A DNA stretch of 64,000 nucleotides. Source: Desulfomonilia bacterium (lineage in GTDB: Bacteria; Desulfobacterota; Desulfomonilia; UBA1062). Position 1 is the stretch's first letter; each line of letters starts with the position of its first letter. A program made the translations under genes and the position numbers. Of the stretch, positions 9,802-19,840 are shown piece after piece. The stretch lies in contig JBEKDT010000005.1 of NCBI GenBank assembly GCA_050014195.1, positions 96,001-160,000 on the forward strand, written 5' to 3'. Under the pieces are notes generated by a model that did not search any database, was not told where the DNA came from, and was given only the letters and a program-made list of their open reading frames with translations.

Positions 9802-10235
9802 AGATCGATAAGACATTAGTAATGATCTTCATTCCCCCTCTTGCGGCGATTATCCTTTGTGTCATCTCTCCTTACCTTATTCGCGAACATAAAAACTACA
9901 CCCCCGAGCAGCCTGAATTTCTCACCTATGTAGATAAACTGGGTGTGTTCACCCTCAAGGTTGATCCCGACACCTCACCAACAGATATCAGGGATGTGTT
10001 TCGCCGCGAGTGGATCCTGCCTATGGCAAATCCGGGGGCACAACTTACAGCCGACCCGGTAAATTTAACGATGATCGTTGAGGCAGGAGCGGATAGCTAC
10101 TGCATCATGAATGGACGGGAAATGCACCTTGGAGACAAGACAGATAACTTTCGCATAACATCCATAGGATCAAACCAAGTTTGTATTACTTATCACAACG
10201 GTACCAGGGAGATCCACCATGTCAAAGTATATTAA
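9798..10235 (+). CDS. PilP/MshK-like protein
   Basis: N-terminal TM helix; CIMNGR..HLGD..FRITSI beta domain; lies immediately before the secretin. Confidence 0.5.
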   Translation: MKIDKTLVMIFIPPLAAIILCVISPYLIREHKNYTPEQPEFLTYVDKLGVFTLKVDPDTSPTDIRDVFRREWILPMANPGAQLTADPVNLTMIVEAGADSYCIMNGREMHLGDKTDNFRITSIGSNQVCITYHNGTREIHHVKVY

Positions 10236-11838
10236 GTATATAGTTCTCACGGCTAGTTGTTGCTTTTTCCTTGTTGGTTGCACAGCTGCAAAGTTATTAA
10301 AGAAAGAGGATTTCTCTATCGAGAAGGAAAAGGCCAGCATAACACCTGTGGAAAAGGCAGAACCTTCACAGCCTTTATTGACGGTCAAGGTCGAACCTGT
10401 GAACCCGTTGAAGGGGAAGACCATAACACTCAATGCCAGTAATGCTGCATTCACCGATGTATTCTCTGCCATAGCACAAAGGGCCGGATTGGACCTGATA
10501 GTGGACTCCCGCCTCATTGCCGGGGAAGGGATCGGTATGTCCAATCTATCCCTTGATGCGGGAAAAGAGAAACAACAAACTAAGGGCCCCATCGTTCTCC
10601 CACCCGTTTCCATAGCCTTTAACAGGACGCCGCTTGAAGATGCCCTCGAGAATGTCTCTGTAGCATTGCACATATTCTACCAGGTGAACGGACACACCCT
10701 CATGGTAAGGGGCACTGAATCGAGAACGTATCACCTCAATTTCATCTCCTCCATGAAGGATACCGCCATGGCCGTAGGGGGGGATGTCCTGGGAGGCTCA
10801 TCGAATATCTCGTCGAACAGCAGCAGCGGCACGGGGAGTTCAAGCAGCAGCTCGTCGGTCAGCAGCTCAGGGAATAATCCCTTAAGCGGCACGTTTTCCA
10901 TCAAGGACAGCATCCCGGCAACCACCACCGACATATGTACCCAGATCGAAGACCAGGTAAAGGCCTCGCTTACCCGTGACGGAACATACTCCATCAACAG
11001 GGCCCTGGGTTTTCTCGAAGTCAATGACAGGAGAGACACCATAGAGCGTATCGATGCATACATAAAGACCATTAAGACATATTACAATTCACAGGTCCTG
11101 ATCACTGCCAAGATCATAGAGGTATCCCTTAATGATACCAGCCAGTACGGCATTGACTGGACAAGCACACACTTAAGCGCCAGCGGCTTTGCCTTCAACC
11201 CCATTCAGCAGACACTTGCGCTCTCTACGGATAATCTTACACCGGCATTCGAAGTCCAAGCACACTCGGATGTGCATGGCTTTGATGCCACCTTGAATGC
11301 ACTGGAGCAATTCGGAAACATCAAGGTCCTCTCGAACCCGCAGGTGCGGGTGACCAACGGCCAGCCGGCTATGATCAGTGTTGGAACAAACACTTCATAT
11401 ATCCAGCAGATAGAGCTCACCACCACCAGCACCCAAGGGGGGACATCGATCACCCAGCCTAACGTGACCCTCGGGTCTATCTTCGACGGCATCATGATGG
11501 GTGTCGTGCCGAATATCGACCTTGATACCGGCTCGGTAAACCTGAGCATCACCCCCATCAAGAGCCGCATCGAGAAGCTCGATGAACGCTCCATAAGCGG
11601 AAACACGTATACACTGCCGACGGTGGGGCTTGAGGAGGCATCCACCCAGATCCGGGTAAAAAGCGGAAACATCATCGCCCTAGGGGGGCTCATCAGCAAG
11701 AACCTCACGCAGCAGAACAATAGCATACCCATCTTAGGCGATATCCCTATTATCGGATACCTCTTCAGCCAGCAGACAAAGGGGGTTGAGACCGTCGAAT
11801 TGGTTATTCTCCTGGAGCCTACAATCCTGGCCCAGTAA
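10219..11838 (+). CDS. Outer-membrane secretin, MshL-like lipoprotein
   Basis: Lipobox FLVGC, Ser-rich insert, QVLITAKIIEV, GIDW, LSNPQV..NGQPA, IPILGDIPIIGYLF. Confidence 0.9.
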   Translation: MSKYIKYIVLTASCCFFLVGCTAAKLLKKEDFSIEKEKASITPVEKAEPSQPLLTVKVEPVNPLKGKTITLNASNAAFTDVFSAIAQRAGLDLIVDSRLIAGEGIGMSNLSLDAGKEKQQTKGPIVLPPVSIAFNRTPLEDALENVSVALHIFYQVNGHTLMVRGTESRTYHLNFISSMKDTAMAVGGDVLGGSSNISSNSSSGTGSSSSSSSVSSSGNNPLSGTFSIKDSIPATTTDICTQIEDQVKASLTRDGTYSINRALGFLEVNDRRDTIERIDAYIKTIKTYYNSQVLITAKIIEVSLNDTSQYGIDWTSTHLSASGFAFNPIQQTLALSTDNLTPAFEVQAHSDVHGFDATLNALEQFGNIKVLSNPQVRVTNGQPAMISVGTNTSYIQQIELTTTSTQGGTSITQPNVTLGSIFDGIMMGVVPNIDLDTGSVNLSITPIKSRIEKLDERSISGNTYTLPTVGLEEASTQIRVKSGNIIALGGLISKNLTQQNNSIPILGDIPIIGYLFSQQTKGVETVELVILLEPTILAQ

Positions 11839-11906
11839 TGAACGGCAGGGTATAAAACAATCGGAAACATCCCCGTTCCTGCAAAATGGCATATGGTGTG
11901 CGCTTC

Positions 11907-12764
11907 TTACCGCTCGGTCATGCCTTTGAGCATGGAGATGAGCTTTTCATCGGGTTGTCCGGACATATCCCCGAGATGAATAAGCGGTTTTATGCGCTCT
12001 CCATGGAAGTCCGATCCCGCGCTTAACAACAGATTGAGGGACCTTGCCTTCCCGGCAAGGCGATCTGTCATCATGGCAGTATGATGTGTGCTGTAGGCCT
12101 CGATCCCGGTAAGACCTTCGTCTTTCAGTCCCTTCAGGAAATCCGTTCCTGCATCCCCTGGGTGGGCAAGGATAAGCACCCCTGATCCCTTCAGCAGCCT
12201 CACCGTATCGATGAGATCGGGCAGGGCTGAGCGAACAATGGTTCCGATATCGCCTAACGCATAATCCTGATAAAAGTTCAGAAAAGGAGATACAGCCTTC
12301 GGTCCTGAGAGGTACTCCTGAAGCCTTTTGTCCCCGCGATTCCTCCTGATCAATGCATTGAGAAAGGTTACACCGGTCGGGACAGAGTGTCCCCAACTCT
12401 CTATATCCTCCTTCTTTATATCAAAACCCATCTTTGAGAAGATATCGAGGACCTCATGGGCCTTATCCCAGATGGTCTGAGAGTGATGATCAAGGAATTT
12501 CTTCAACGTTTCATCATCTGTATGAAACCCATAGATCAGGAGGTGATACTCCCTTTGATGAAATACTGTTGAAATTTCTACGCCCGTGAAAAAACTCAAG
12601 TGGCATGAAGCGGCCAGGCGCATACCTTCGGCCGCGGCAGAGATGTCCATGTGATCCGTGAAGGCCAACCCTTTAAGATTACACCCTAAAGCCATATGCA
12701 GGATTTTCTCAGGCGTATATTGCCCGTCTGAAGAATGTGATGTATGGATGTGGAGGTCATACAT
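11907..12764 (-). CDS. PHP domain phosphoesterase (TrpH/YciV-like)
   Basis: DLHIHTSHSSDG, TDH, GVEIST, LAHP, GSDFHG. Confidence 0.9.
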   Translation of the reverse strand: MYDLHIHTSHSSDGQYTPEKILHMALGCNLKGLAFTDHMDISAAAEGMRLAASCHLSFFTGVEISTVFHQREYHLLIYGFHTDDETLKKFLDHHSQTIWDKAHEVLDIFSKMGFDIKKEDIESWGHSVPTGVTFLNALIRRNRGDKRLQEYLSGPKAVSPFLNFYQDYALGDIGTIVRSALPDLIDTVRLLKGSGVLILAHPGDAGTDFLKGLKDEGLTGIEAYSTHHTAMMTDRLAGKARSLNLLLSAGSDFHGERIKPLIHLGDMSGQPDEKLISMLKGMTER

Positions 12765-12770
12765 GGCGGG

Positions 12771-12798
12771 TAAATCCTATCATTAGGGATGCCGATAA
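12771..12798 (+). promoter_or_regulatory. Sigma-28-like promoter motif
   Basis: TAAAT-N16-CCGATAA (reads GCCGATAA) upstream of the LOG gene. Confidence 0.5.
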
Positions 12799-12832
12799 GG
12801 CAATTGATGGTTGTGCCGTCAAGGAGCGCCGG

Positions 12833-13483
12833 ATGAAAAGCGACAAATACCTCATTGATCAGATCAAACCCCAGGAATCCTGGAGGATATTCCGCATCAT
12901 GGCGGAATTTGTGGACGGCATTGAGAATCTGTCCCCTTTGGAGCCCGCGGTTACCATCTTCGGGTCTGCCAGGTCAAAGCCCGGAGACAAGTACTACAAG
13001 ATGGCCGAAGATCTTGGACGGATGCTGGCCGAAGAAGGATTCTCCGTGATTACGGGTGGAGGCCCGGGCATTATGGAGGCGGCGAACAAGGGGGCCTTTG
13101 AAGCAGGCGGCCAGTCAGTGGGCCTCAATATCGTGCTGCCCTTTGAGCAGAAGCTCAACCCCTACACGACCATCCACATCAACTTCAGATATTTCTTCGT
13201 GCGCAAGGTCATGTTCGTTAGGTATGCCATGAGTTATGTCATCTTCCCGGGCGGGTTCGGGACCATGGACGAGCTCTTTGAGGCCCTCACCCTTATTCAG
13301 ACCGACAAGCTCAAGCCCTTCCCGGTGATCATGATCGGTTCCGAATACTGGGCCGGCCTCCTCGAATGGATCAACGACACCATGCTCAAAGAGGGCATGA
13401 TCCTGACCGAGGACAGATCCATCTTCACCCTGGTGGACTCCCCGAACGATGCCGTGGAGATCATCAAGAATTCAAAGATCTAG
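12833..13483 (+). CDS. LOG family nucleotide phosphoribohydrolase (TIGR00730-type)
   Basis: FGSAR, TGGGPGIMEA, PGGFGTMDE; AAGGAG RBS before the ATG at 12833. Confidence 0.9.
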   Translation: MKSDKYLIDQIKPQESWRIFRIMAEFVDGIENLSPLEPAVTIFGSARSKPGDKYYKMAEDLGRMLAEEGFSVITGGGPGIMEAANKGAFEAGGQSVGLNIVLPFEQKLNPYTTIHINFRYFFVRKVMFVRYAMSYVIFPGGFGTMDELFEALTLIQTDKLKPFPVIMIGSEYWAGLLEWINDTMLKEGMILTEDRSIFTLVDSPNDAVEIIKNSKI

Positions 13484-13490
13484 TGAGGCC

Positions 13491-14300
13491 CTATCCTTTC
13501 CCGGACATGCTCTCCGCCCTTTTATAAGCTGCAGTGACCGCATCGATAACAGCCGAGCGGAACCCCTTGGACTCCAGGACCGCAATACCCTCAATGGTCG
13601 TGCCGGAGGGGGAGGTCACCATATCCTTGAGCTGACCGGGATGTCTTCCGAGTTCCAGGACCATGGATGCCGCACCCCGCATGGTAGCAGCTGCAAGCCT
13701 TAAGGACACATCCCTCGGCAGCCCGGCCTTCACGGCCCCGTCGGATAGTGCCTCCATGAACAGAAAACAGAATGCAGGGCCAGAGCCTGAAAGGGCAGTG
13801 ACGGCATTGATAAATTTCTCTTCCATGTGAATGCATATGCCCACTGCGGAGAATATGGCATGCGCAGTCTGTTCGTCATGTTCCGTGCACGATGGAGATG
13901 GAGCAAAGACCGAAGCCCCTTCCAATACGAGAGAAGGGGTGTTTGGCATGACCCTCACGATCCTGGCCTTTTCTCCAAGCACATCGAGCATGCTGTTCAG
14001 GGTTATACCCGCAGCAATGCTGATGACGAGCTTCTTGGCAAGAAAACCCTTGATTTCTTTCGTCAGCGGCAGGATCTGATCGGGTTTGACCGCAAGGATT
14101 ACGACATCCCGTGAACGAGCCAATTCCTGAGCCGAAGAGGCTCCATCGACTCCGAAGGACGACCTCAGATAGTCCATGCGGTCCGGTCTGATATCGAACA
14201 CGCTGATATCATGGGGTGCTATCAATGCTTTCCTGATCAGACCGGAAATGATCGCCTCCGCCATATTGCCTGCACCGATGAAGCCGAGTGGTTTCATCAC
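13491..14300 (-). CDS. proC: Pyrroline-5-carboxylate reductase
   Basis: GFIGAGNMA, AVKP, RVMPNTP, SGSGPAF, VTSPSGTT. Confidence 0.97.
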   Translation of the reverse strand: MMKPLGFIGAGNMAEAIISGLIRKALIAPHDISVFDIRPDRMDYLRSSFGVDGASSAQELARSRDVVILAVKPDQILPLTKEIKGFLAKKLVISIAAGITLNSMLDVLGEKARIVRVMPNTPSLVLEGASVFAPSPSCTEHDEQTAHAIFSAVGICIHMEEKFINAVTALSGSGPAFCFLFMEALSDGAVKAGLPRDVSLRLAAATMRGAASMVLELGRHPGQLKDMVTSPSGTTIEGIAVLESKGFRSAVIDAVTAAYKRAESMSGKG

Positions 14301-14386
14301 ACCCCCTTACCATGCACTTGATGCATCATAGGATTGCCATAGTATGCATGCTTACGTCAACCTTCGGATCCGCCCAAGAAAATATG

Positions 14387-14413
14387 TAAACTTCTCCTTA
14401 AAAATATCCGATA
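14387..14413 (+). promoter_or_regulatory. Sigma-28-like promoter motif
   Basis: TAAAC-N16-CCGATA just upstream of the TPR gene. Confidence 0.45.
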
Positions 14414-14423
14414 CTTTTACTAT

Positions 14424-15323
14424 ATGGACCGCTCAAAATACCTCAGAAAAATTCAAGGTGTTTTCTTCGAGGAATCCACCATCACCTTGGGAACCGGCAA
14501 CACGCAGAAGACACAAAAGGTGAAGAACTACTGCCAGGCAGATCAGATCGATGAAGAGAAGGTCAAGCTTACCTTCCTGGGAAATGAGGGAAAACCTACG
14601 GGCATTGTCATCGAGATCGCCTACGATGAGTTCCTGAAACGATATACCCTTGACCCCAACTACCGGGTAAAGACCAAGGATGAGGCGGAACGGGACAGGC
14701 ATATAGCCGTTGCCGAAAAGCAAAGGGCGCGCGGAGAGCACTACTCTGCCGAATTTGAGTACACGAATGCCCTGAAGATCGACCCTGAAAGCGTACGCGC
14801 CAACTTCGGCATCGGGACCCTGTATATGGAGATGGGTGATACCGGCAAGGCCAAAGAGGTCTTCCAGAAGCTCTCGGAGATCGAGGCCATCTTTGAAGAA
14901 GATAATAAGCACATCTTCAACGAGTTCGGTATCGAGCTGAGAAAGGCCAACATGATTGATGAGGCATTTGCCAACTACCAGAAGGCCATCACCATCTCAC
15001 CGCAAGATGAGCATCTCTATTTCAATGTAGCCCGGATTCATTATGATAAAAAAGAATGGGACAATGCCCTTAAGTGGCTGCAAAAGGCCCTTGAGATCAA
15101 CCCCCACTTCAGGGACGCCCAGATCTTCGAAACACTCATCATGAAGGAGATGAAGGAACAGGGTATTACCCCGGACACCATTAAGGAAGAATCTGGGAAA
15201 GCCGCTCTGTCTGCGGAATCACCCGATGGAGAAGAGGGTGAACCTGATGCCGGTACGAAGGAAAAACCTCCTGTTGAAGTGAATAAGAGCGCTCCCCCTC
15301 AGAGACAGACGGTAAAGCAATAG
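14424..15323 (+). CDS. Tetratricopeptide repeat protein
   Basis: TPR helices (ALKIDP, FNEFGIELRK, YFNVARI, ALEINP); acidic disordered tail. Confidence 0.8.
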   Translation: MDRSKYLRKIQGVFFEESTITLGTGNTQKTQKVKNYCQADQIDEEKVKLTFLGNEGKPTGIVIEIAYDEFLKRYTLDPNYRVKTKDEAERDRHIAVAEKQRARGEHYSAEFEYTNALKIDPESVRANFGIGTLYMEMGDTGKAKEVFQKLSEIEAIFEEDNKHIFNEFGIELRKANMIDEAFANYQKAITISPQDEHLYFNVARIHYDKKEWDNALKWLQKALEINPHFRDAQIFETLIMKEMKEQGITPDTIKEESGKAALSAESPDGEEGEPDAGTKEKPPVEVNKSAPPQRQTVKQ

Positions 15324-15386
15324 CCATATAGCCCTCTTGCTGATTTTCTTATCATGACATGTTCCTATACGACTTTGTACCAGCCT

Positions 15387-16004
15387 CTATCCTTTAGCCT
15401 TCGTGGCCTCCTCTTTCAACCGGACATAGGCAATCTCCACCTGTTTGCGGGTCTCGTCTTTTGATGCACTGTTGTCGATGAGCAGAGAAGCATAGCTGCG
15501 CTTTTCTTCGATTGATATCTGGGCGCGGACTCTTTTGAGGGCCTCTTCCTTGCTGATCTTGTCCCTTATCATGAGCCGCGTGATCTGCATATCCAAAGGA
15601 CAGTATACCACGATGACCTCACTTAAGCCCTTGTGCATGCCCGTCTCGATGAGCAGCGGCACATCGAGAATGACCACCGCATCAGGGGAGCCGACCTTGA
15701 TGGAGCCGATCCGCTCATTCATGGCCCTTATGACCTCGGGGTGGACGGCCTCTTCGAGCATCCTGCGCATGGCCGCATCGTTGAACACCAACCGCCCCAG
15801 GTGCTCCCTATCGATCTCACCGGTCTTCTGAAGGATCCCCTTGCCGAAGATCTCAATGATCTTGTCCCAGGCCCTCATGCCGGGGGCCACCACCTCGCGG
15901 GCCGAAGCATCTGCATCGACGATGAATGCACCAAGGTCCTTGAGGATGAAAGAGACTGTGGATTTCCCGGTAGCTATCGAGCCTGTAAGCCCGGCAACGA
16001 GCAT
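15387..16004 (-). CDS. coaE: Dephospho-CoA kinase
   Basis: GLTGSIATGKS, DAD, HP, DVPLLIE. Confidence 0.96.
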   Translation of the reverse strand: MLVAGLTGSIATGKSTVSFILKDLGAFIVDADASAREVVAPGMRAWDKIIEIFGKGILQKTGEIDREHLGRLVFNDAAMRRMLEEAVHPEVIRAMNERIGSIKVGSPDAVVILDVPLLIETGMHKGLSEVIVVYCPLDMQITRLMIRDKISKEEALKRVRAQISIEEKRSYASLLIDNSASKDETRKQVEIAYVRLKEEATKAKG

Positions 16005-16714
16005 GACTCCCCCCCGATGAGCGAGATGTTCCTGCCGGTATGCTCACCTTCCCTCCGGTAGGAAAAAAATGTCTCCCTGGTGCAGCACGTGCAGGACTGC
16101 ACATGGTGAATCATATCCGGTGACACGCCCGCGTTTTGCGCCTGCAGGGCTGCTATGCGGTGAAGGTCCACAGAGAGCCTCCCATCCATGGTATGGTCGG
16201 TATCAGCTTGAAGGGCGTCGATGACCTCCCGGCCCACTGCATAACAGCATGGTCCGATGGCAGGCCCCATACTCACGTGGATCTGCTGTGCGCCGCCGGC
16301 GCGCATGAGATGAACCGCCTTGGTGACGATCTTTTGTGCCAGACCCCTCCAGCCTGCATGCACGGCCGCGATCACAGGACTGTCATCGGCCCACATAAGG
16401 ATCGGAACGCAATCGGCAGTACGGACACATAAAACAAAACTTCCGTCATGGGAAATGACCCCATCCGCCTCAGGGAATACACCAGGGGCTACATCCTCGG
16501 CACGGATAATCCTGTCGGAGTGGATCTGCTGAAGACAGATGATACGGCTGCCGGGCAGGAGCTCCCTGAGCCTTCCTTCCACAGACCCCGGGCTCCTGTC
16601 CAGGTCTTTTGTCACCTCTTTTGTGCAGAATACCCCTTGCATATAATGAGCTATAGCGTACAAGGCCGTCATCTGACAAGGAGAAGCCTTGTGCTTCCAT
16701 CCGGTAGGGTGCAT
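15974..16714 (-). CDS. pgeF: Peptidoglycan editing factor / purine nucleoside phosphorylase, YfiH family (start uncertain)
   Basis: QIHS, ADG, TADCVP, HAGWRG, GPAIGPCCY, FFSYRR. Confidence 0.92.
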   Translation of the reverse strand: MHPTGWKHKASPCQMTALYAIAHYMQGVFCTKEVTKDLDRSPGSVEGRLRELLPGSRIICLQQIHSDRIIRAEDVAPGVFPEADGVISHDGSFVLCVRTADCVPILMWADDSPVIAAVHAGWRGLAQKIVTKAVHLMRAGGAQQIHVSMGPAIGPCCYAVGREVIDALQADTDHTMDGRLSVDLHRIAALQAQNAGVSPDMIHHVQSCTCCTRETFFSYRREGEHTGRNISLIGGESCSLPGLQAR

Positions 16715-16735
16715 CCGGTTTAAGGCTTTTGTTGC

Positions 16736-16764
16736 TTGACAATGACCTACCCTGCATGTAAATA
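16736..16764 (+). promoter_or_regulatory. Sigma-70 promoter of the rpmH operon
   Basis: TTGACA-17 nt-TAAATA. Confidence 0.55.
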
Positions 16765-16800
16765 CTTACCGCTCAAAACTATTTGAATTTGAGGTAATTC

Positions 16801-16935
16801 ATGAAGCGCACATTTCAACCGCACAATACAAGGCGGAAACGTACGCACGGATTCCTGATTCGTATGCGCACCAAAGGCGGCAGGCTGGTCATCAACCGGA
16901 GGAGGGCCAAGGGACGGAAACGTCTGTCGGTCTGA
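16801..16935 (+). CDS. rpmH: 50S ribosomal protein L34 (absent from the ORF track)
   Basis: Read directly: [44 protein letters not shown]; GAGGT RBS. Confidence 0.98.
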   Translation: MKRTFQPHNTRRKRTHGFLIRMRTKGGRLVINRRRAKGRKRLSV

Positions 16936-17303
16936 TGTCAGACGAGACATTCCCCCGGATAGAGCGGCTGAGGAAAAGGATTGATTTCAAAAGGGCTGAA
17001 AAGAACAAGGTTGCGCGTCTGGTCACCAAACACCTGGTCATCCTTGCTGCCCCAAACGACTGCACCCATGCCCGCATCGGTATTACCGCAAGCAGGAAGA
17101 TCGGCGGTGCTGTTATAAGAAACAGGATAAAAAGGCTCTTGCGAGAGATTTACCGAAGAAACAAGCATCTGTTTCCTCAAGGCCATGATTATATCCTGAT
17201 CGCAAAAAACGACATGACGGATATTGCGTACCAAGACCTGCTTCAGGAGATAGCAAGGGCTATTGGATCACACACATGGGAAAAGCAATACTCATTGCAC
17301 TGA
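16935..17303 (+). CDS. rnpA: Ribonuclease P protein component
   Basis: [28 protein letters not shown] motif; synteny. Confidence 0.96.
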   Translation: MSDETFPRIERLRKRIDFKRAEKNKVARLVTKHLVILAAPNDCTHARIGITASRKIGGAVIRNRIKRLLREIYRRNKHLFPQGHDYILIAKNDMTDIAYQDLLQEIARAIGSHTWEKQYSLH

Positions 17304-17485
17304 TACGCCTCTACCAGGAGGCCGTCTCGCCGATGCTCACGCCCTCATGCAGATTTCACCCAAGCTGCTCTGAGTATGCAGCCCAGGCCATAGAGAAGTA
17401 TGGTACGGCACGAGGCCTCCTGAAAGCGGCCTGGAGAGTGCTTCGCTGCAACCCGTTTCACAAAGGCGGATTCGATCCCGTGTAA
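17276..17485 (+). CDS. yidD: Membrane protein insertion efficiency factor
   Basis: [23 protein letters not shown]. Confidence 0.96.
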   Translation: MGKAILIALIRLYQEAVSPMLTPSCRFHPSCSEYAAQAIEKYGTARGLLKAAWRVLRCNPFHKGGFDPV

Positions 17486-17509
17486 TACTCATCCGGAGAT
17501 GAAGACAAG

Positions 17510-19096
17510 ATGGAAAAGAGGACCCTGCTTGCCATAGTTTTATCAATGGCCATTCTGTTTGTCTGGGGTATTGTATTTGACCAAACAAAAATAAAAGGCA
17601 CACCACAGCCAAAACAGAAGACCGTAACCGTCACACCGAACCAGCCGGCAAAACCCATGGACGTTGCATCCCCTGCGGCAACTCCTCAGTCAAACATCAA
17701 GTCAGCAAGCGCTGTTGTTGTGGAAACTCCCTTATATACAGCCACATTCACCACCAAAGGCGCCGAGCTCGTCTCTCTGAAATTGAAAAAATACTTAACC
17801 ACCATGGATAAAGATGCAAAGCCGGTGGAGCTCTTAAAGGCTCCTATGCCCACACTCCTGCTGAATGGCGGCTTTTCGGATGCGGGCCTTATGTATGAAT
17901 CCTCCCAACAGGGCACCATCACTGCATCCGATACACCACTGGCAATCGAGTTCCGTACAGAGGCTTCAGCGGGTATCACATTAAAAAAGATATTTTCCAT
18001 AGACCCCAAGACCTATCTGCTGGGATATCAGACCGTTATCGAGAATCACACCGCCGCACCAGTGTCCGCTTCGGGAGAAATCCTGTTCAATAATTCCTAT
18101 CCCCTGGATGAAAAACGAAGCGGTTACGCCTTTGAAGGCCCGGTCCTGCTGAATGACAAGCACCTTGAGGAATTCAAGTTGGACAAGGTCAAGAATGTCG
18201 GGAGTTATAGGGATTTCACCGGAGAGATCAAATGGTTCGGGTTTGAGGACAAATATTTCCTCCAGACCATCATACTCAAGGCCGCATCAAGCACCACGCT
18301 CACGCTCAAGCGCACCGATGAAAAGACTGTTGAGGTCCACTATGCCTTTGCACCTGCAACTATTCAGGCCGGATCGGCTCTCATCAAGGACAATCTCATA
18401 TTCATAGGCCCCAAACAGCTGAAAACTCTGGAGTCTGCGGGTTATGACTTGAACAAGGCGCTGGATTTCGGCTTCTTCGACATCATTGCCAAGCCCCTGC
18501 TCATCGCCATGAACTGGATTTATAAATACGTGGGGAGTTACGGGTGGACCATTATCATCCTGACAATCCTCATCAAGATCGTGCTCTATCCGTTGACCCT
18601 GAAGAGCTTCACCTCCATGAAGGAGCTCCAGAAGATCCAGCCGCTCATGAAGGAGATCCAGCAACAATACAAGGATGACAAGCAGAAGATGAATCAGGAG
18701 CTCATGCGGCTCTATCAGGAGCACAAGATAAATCCCATGGGCGGCTGCCTTCCCATGCTCCTGCAGATCCCTATCCTCTTTGCCCTCTACCGGGTTTTTT
18801 ACCAGGCCATCGAGCTGAGACACACACCCTTCCACATCGTCGGGACCTACCTGCCTGATCTCTCTGCTATGGACCCGTACTTCATCACCCCCATCCTCAT
18901 GGGGGGCAGCCAGTTCGTTATGCAGAAAATGACACCGACTACCGGTGACCCCACCCAGCAGAAGGTCATGCTCTTCATGCCCGTGGTCTTCACCTTCCTG
19001 TTCTTAAAATTCCCATCCGGCCTTGTCATCTACTGGCTTGTGAGCAACATCCTCTCAATCGCCCAGCAGGCCTATATAAACAGGAAACACGCTTAG
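17510..19096 (+). CDS. yidC: Membrane protein insertase
   Basis: DFG, NPMGGCLP, DPYFITP, PSGLVIYW. Confidence 0.97.
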   Translation: MEKRTLLAIVLSMAILFVWGIVFDQTKIKGTPQPKQKTVTVTPNQPAKPMDVASPAATPQSNIKSASAVVVETPLYTATFTTKGAELVSLKLKKYLTTMDKDAKPVELLKAPMPTLLLNGGFSDAGLMYESSQQGTITASDTPLAIEFRTEASAGITLKKIFSIDPKTYLLGYQTVIENHTAAPVSASGEILFNNSYPLDEKRSGYAFEGPVLLNDKHLEEFKLDKVKNVGSYRDFTGEIKWFGFEDKYFLQTIILKAASSTTLTLKRTDEKTVEVHYAFAPATIQAGSALIKDNLIFIGPKQLKTLESAGYDLNKALDFGFFDIIAKPLLIAMNWIYKYVGSYGWTIIILTILIKIVLYPLTLKSFTSMKELQKIQPLMKEIQQQYKDDKQKMNQELMRLYQEHKINPMGGCLPMLLQIPILFALYRVFYQAIELRHTPFHIVGTYLPDLSAMDPYFITPILMGGSQFVMQKMTPTTGDPTQQKVMLFMPVVFTFLFLKFPSGLVIYWLVSNILSIAQQAYINRKHA

Positions 19097-19105
19097 GAGA
19101 GAAGA

Positions 19106-19840
19106 ATGGATCAGGATTATAAAGAATTTGAAGCCAAGACCGTGGATGAGGCCATCATCCTCGCCATGAAAACCTTTCATGCTGATTTTGAAGACCTCGA
19201 CATCAAGGTCCTTTCCGAAGGCTCCAAGGGACTGTTTGGTCTCGTGGGGACAAAGACGGCAAAGATAATGGCCAGACGAGCAAAGGCCGTACCAAAACAG
19301 ACCTCGACCATCATAGAAGATAAGACAACTCCTGCCGCTGTATCTGAACCGAAGCCGATACCACGTACCGAGGCACAAGCACCTACACAAGATGACCTCC
19401 TTGAGGCAAGGGAGATCATCAGCATGCTCTTAAAGTTCATGAATATGCCCTGCGAGATCAAAATCCGCGAAGAGGGTCTCCTTGAGATTATAGGTGACGG
19501 CTCAGGGCTGATCATCGGAAAGCGCGGGCAGACGCTCGATTCACTGCAGTTCCTTCTTAACCGGATCGTAAACAAGTCAAAGCAGGAACCTATTTATATC
19601 ACACTGGATACGGAAGGGTACCGCCAAAGGCATGTGAACCATCTCAAGGCCATGGCACTGAAAATGGGGCAAAAGGCAAGGCGTACAGGCCAGTCCATCT
19701 CTCTGGAAAAGATGAACCCTTATGACCGCAGGATTATCCACCTTGCCCTCAAGAACGAGAACGGGCTCAATACCAAGAGTATCGGCGAGGGCATCTATAA
19801 AAAAGTGGTAATCGTACCGAGGAAGGCATCGAGACAGTAA
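19106..19840 (+). CDS. jag: RNA-binding protein Jag/KhpB/EloR
   Basis: Jag_N, KH (IIGKRGQTLDSLQ), R3H (RRIIH). Confidence 0.95.
   Translation: MDQDYKEFEAKTVDEAIILAMKTFHADFEDLDIKVLSEGSKGLFGLVGTKTAKIMARRAKAVPKQTSTIIEDKTTPAAVSEPKPIPRTEAQAPTQDDLLEAREIISMLLKFMNMPCEIKIREEGLLEIIGDGSGLIIGKRGQTLDSLQFLLNRIVNKSKQEPIYITLDTEGYRQRHVNHLKAMALKMGQKARRTGQSISLEKMNPYDRRIIHLALKNENGLNTKSIGEGIYKKVVIVPRKASRQ

Noticed and set aside
10795-10875. AGC-rich low-complexity tract
   Set aside because: Encodes the Ser-rich loop usual in MshL-type secretins.
11887-11901. TGGCATATGGTGTGC, sigma-54-like spacing on the + strand
   Set aside because: It points antisense into the 3' end of the PHP gene with no downstream + strand gene; probably chance.
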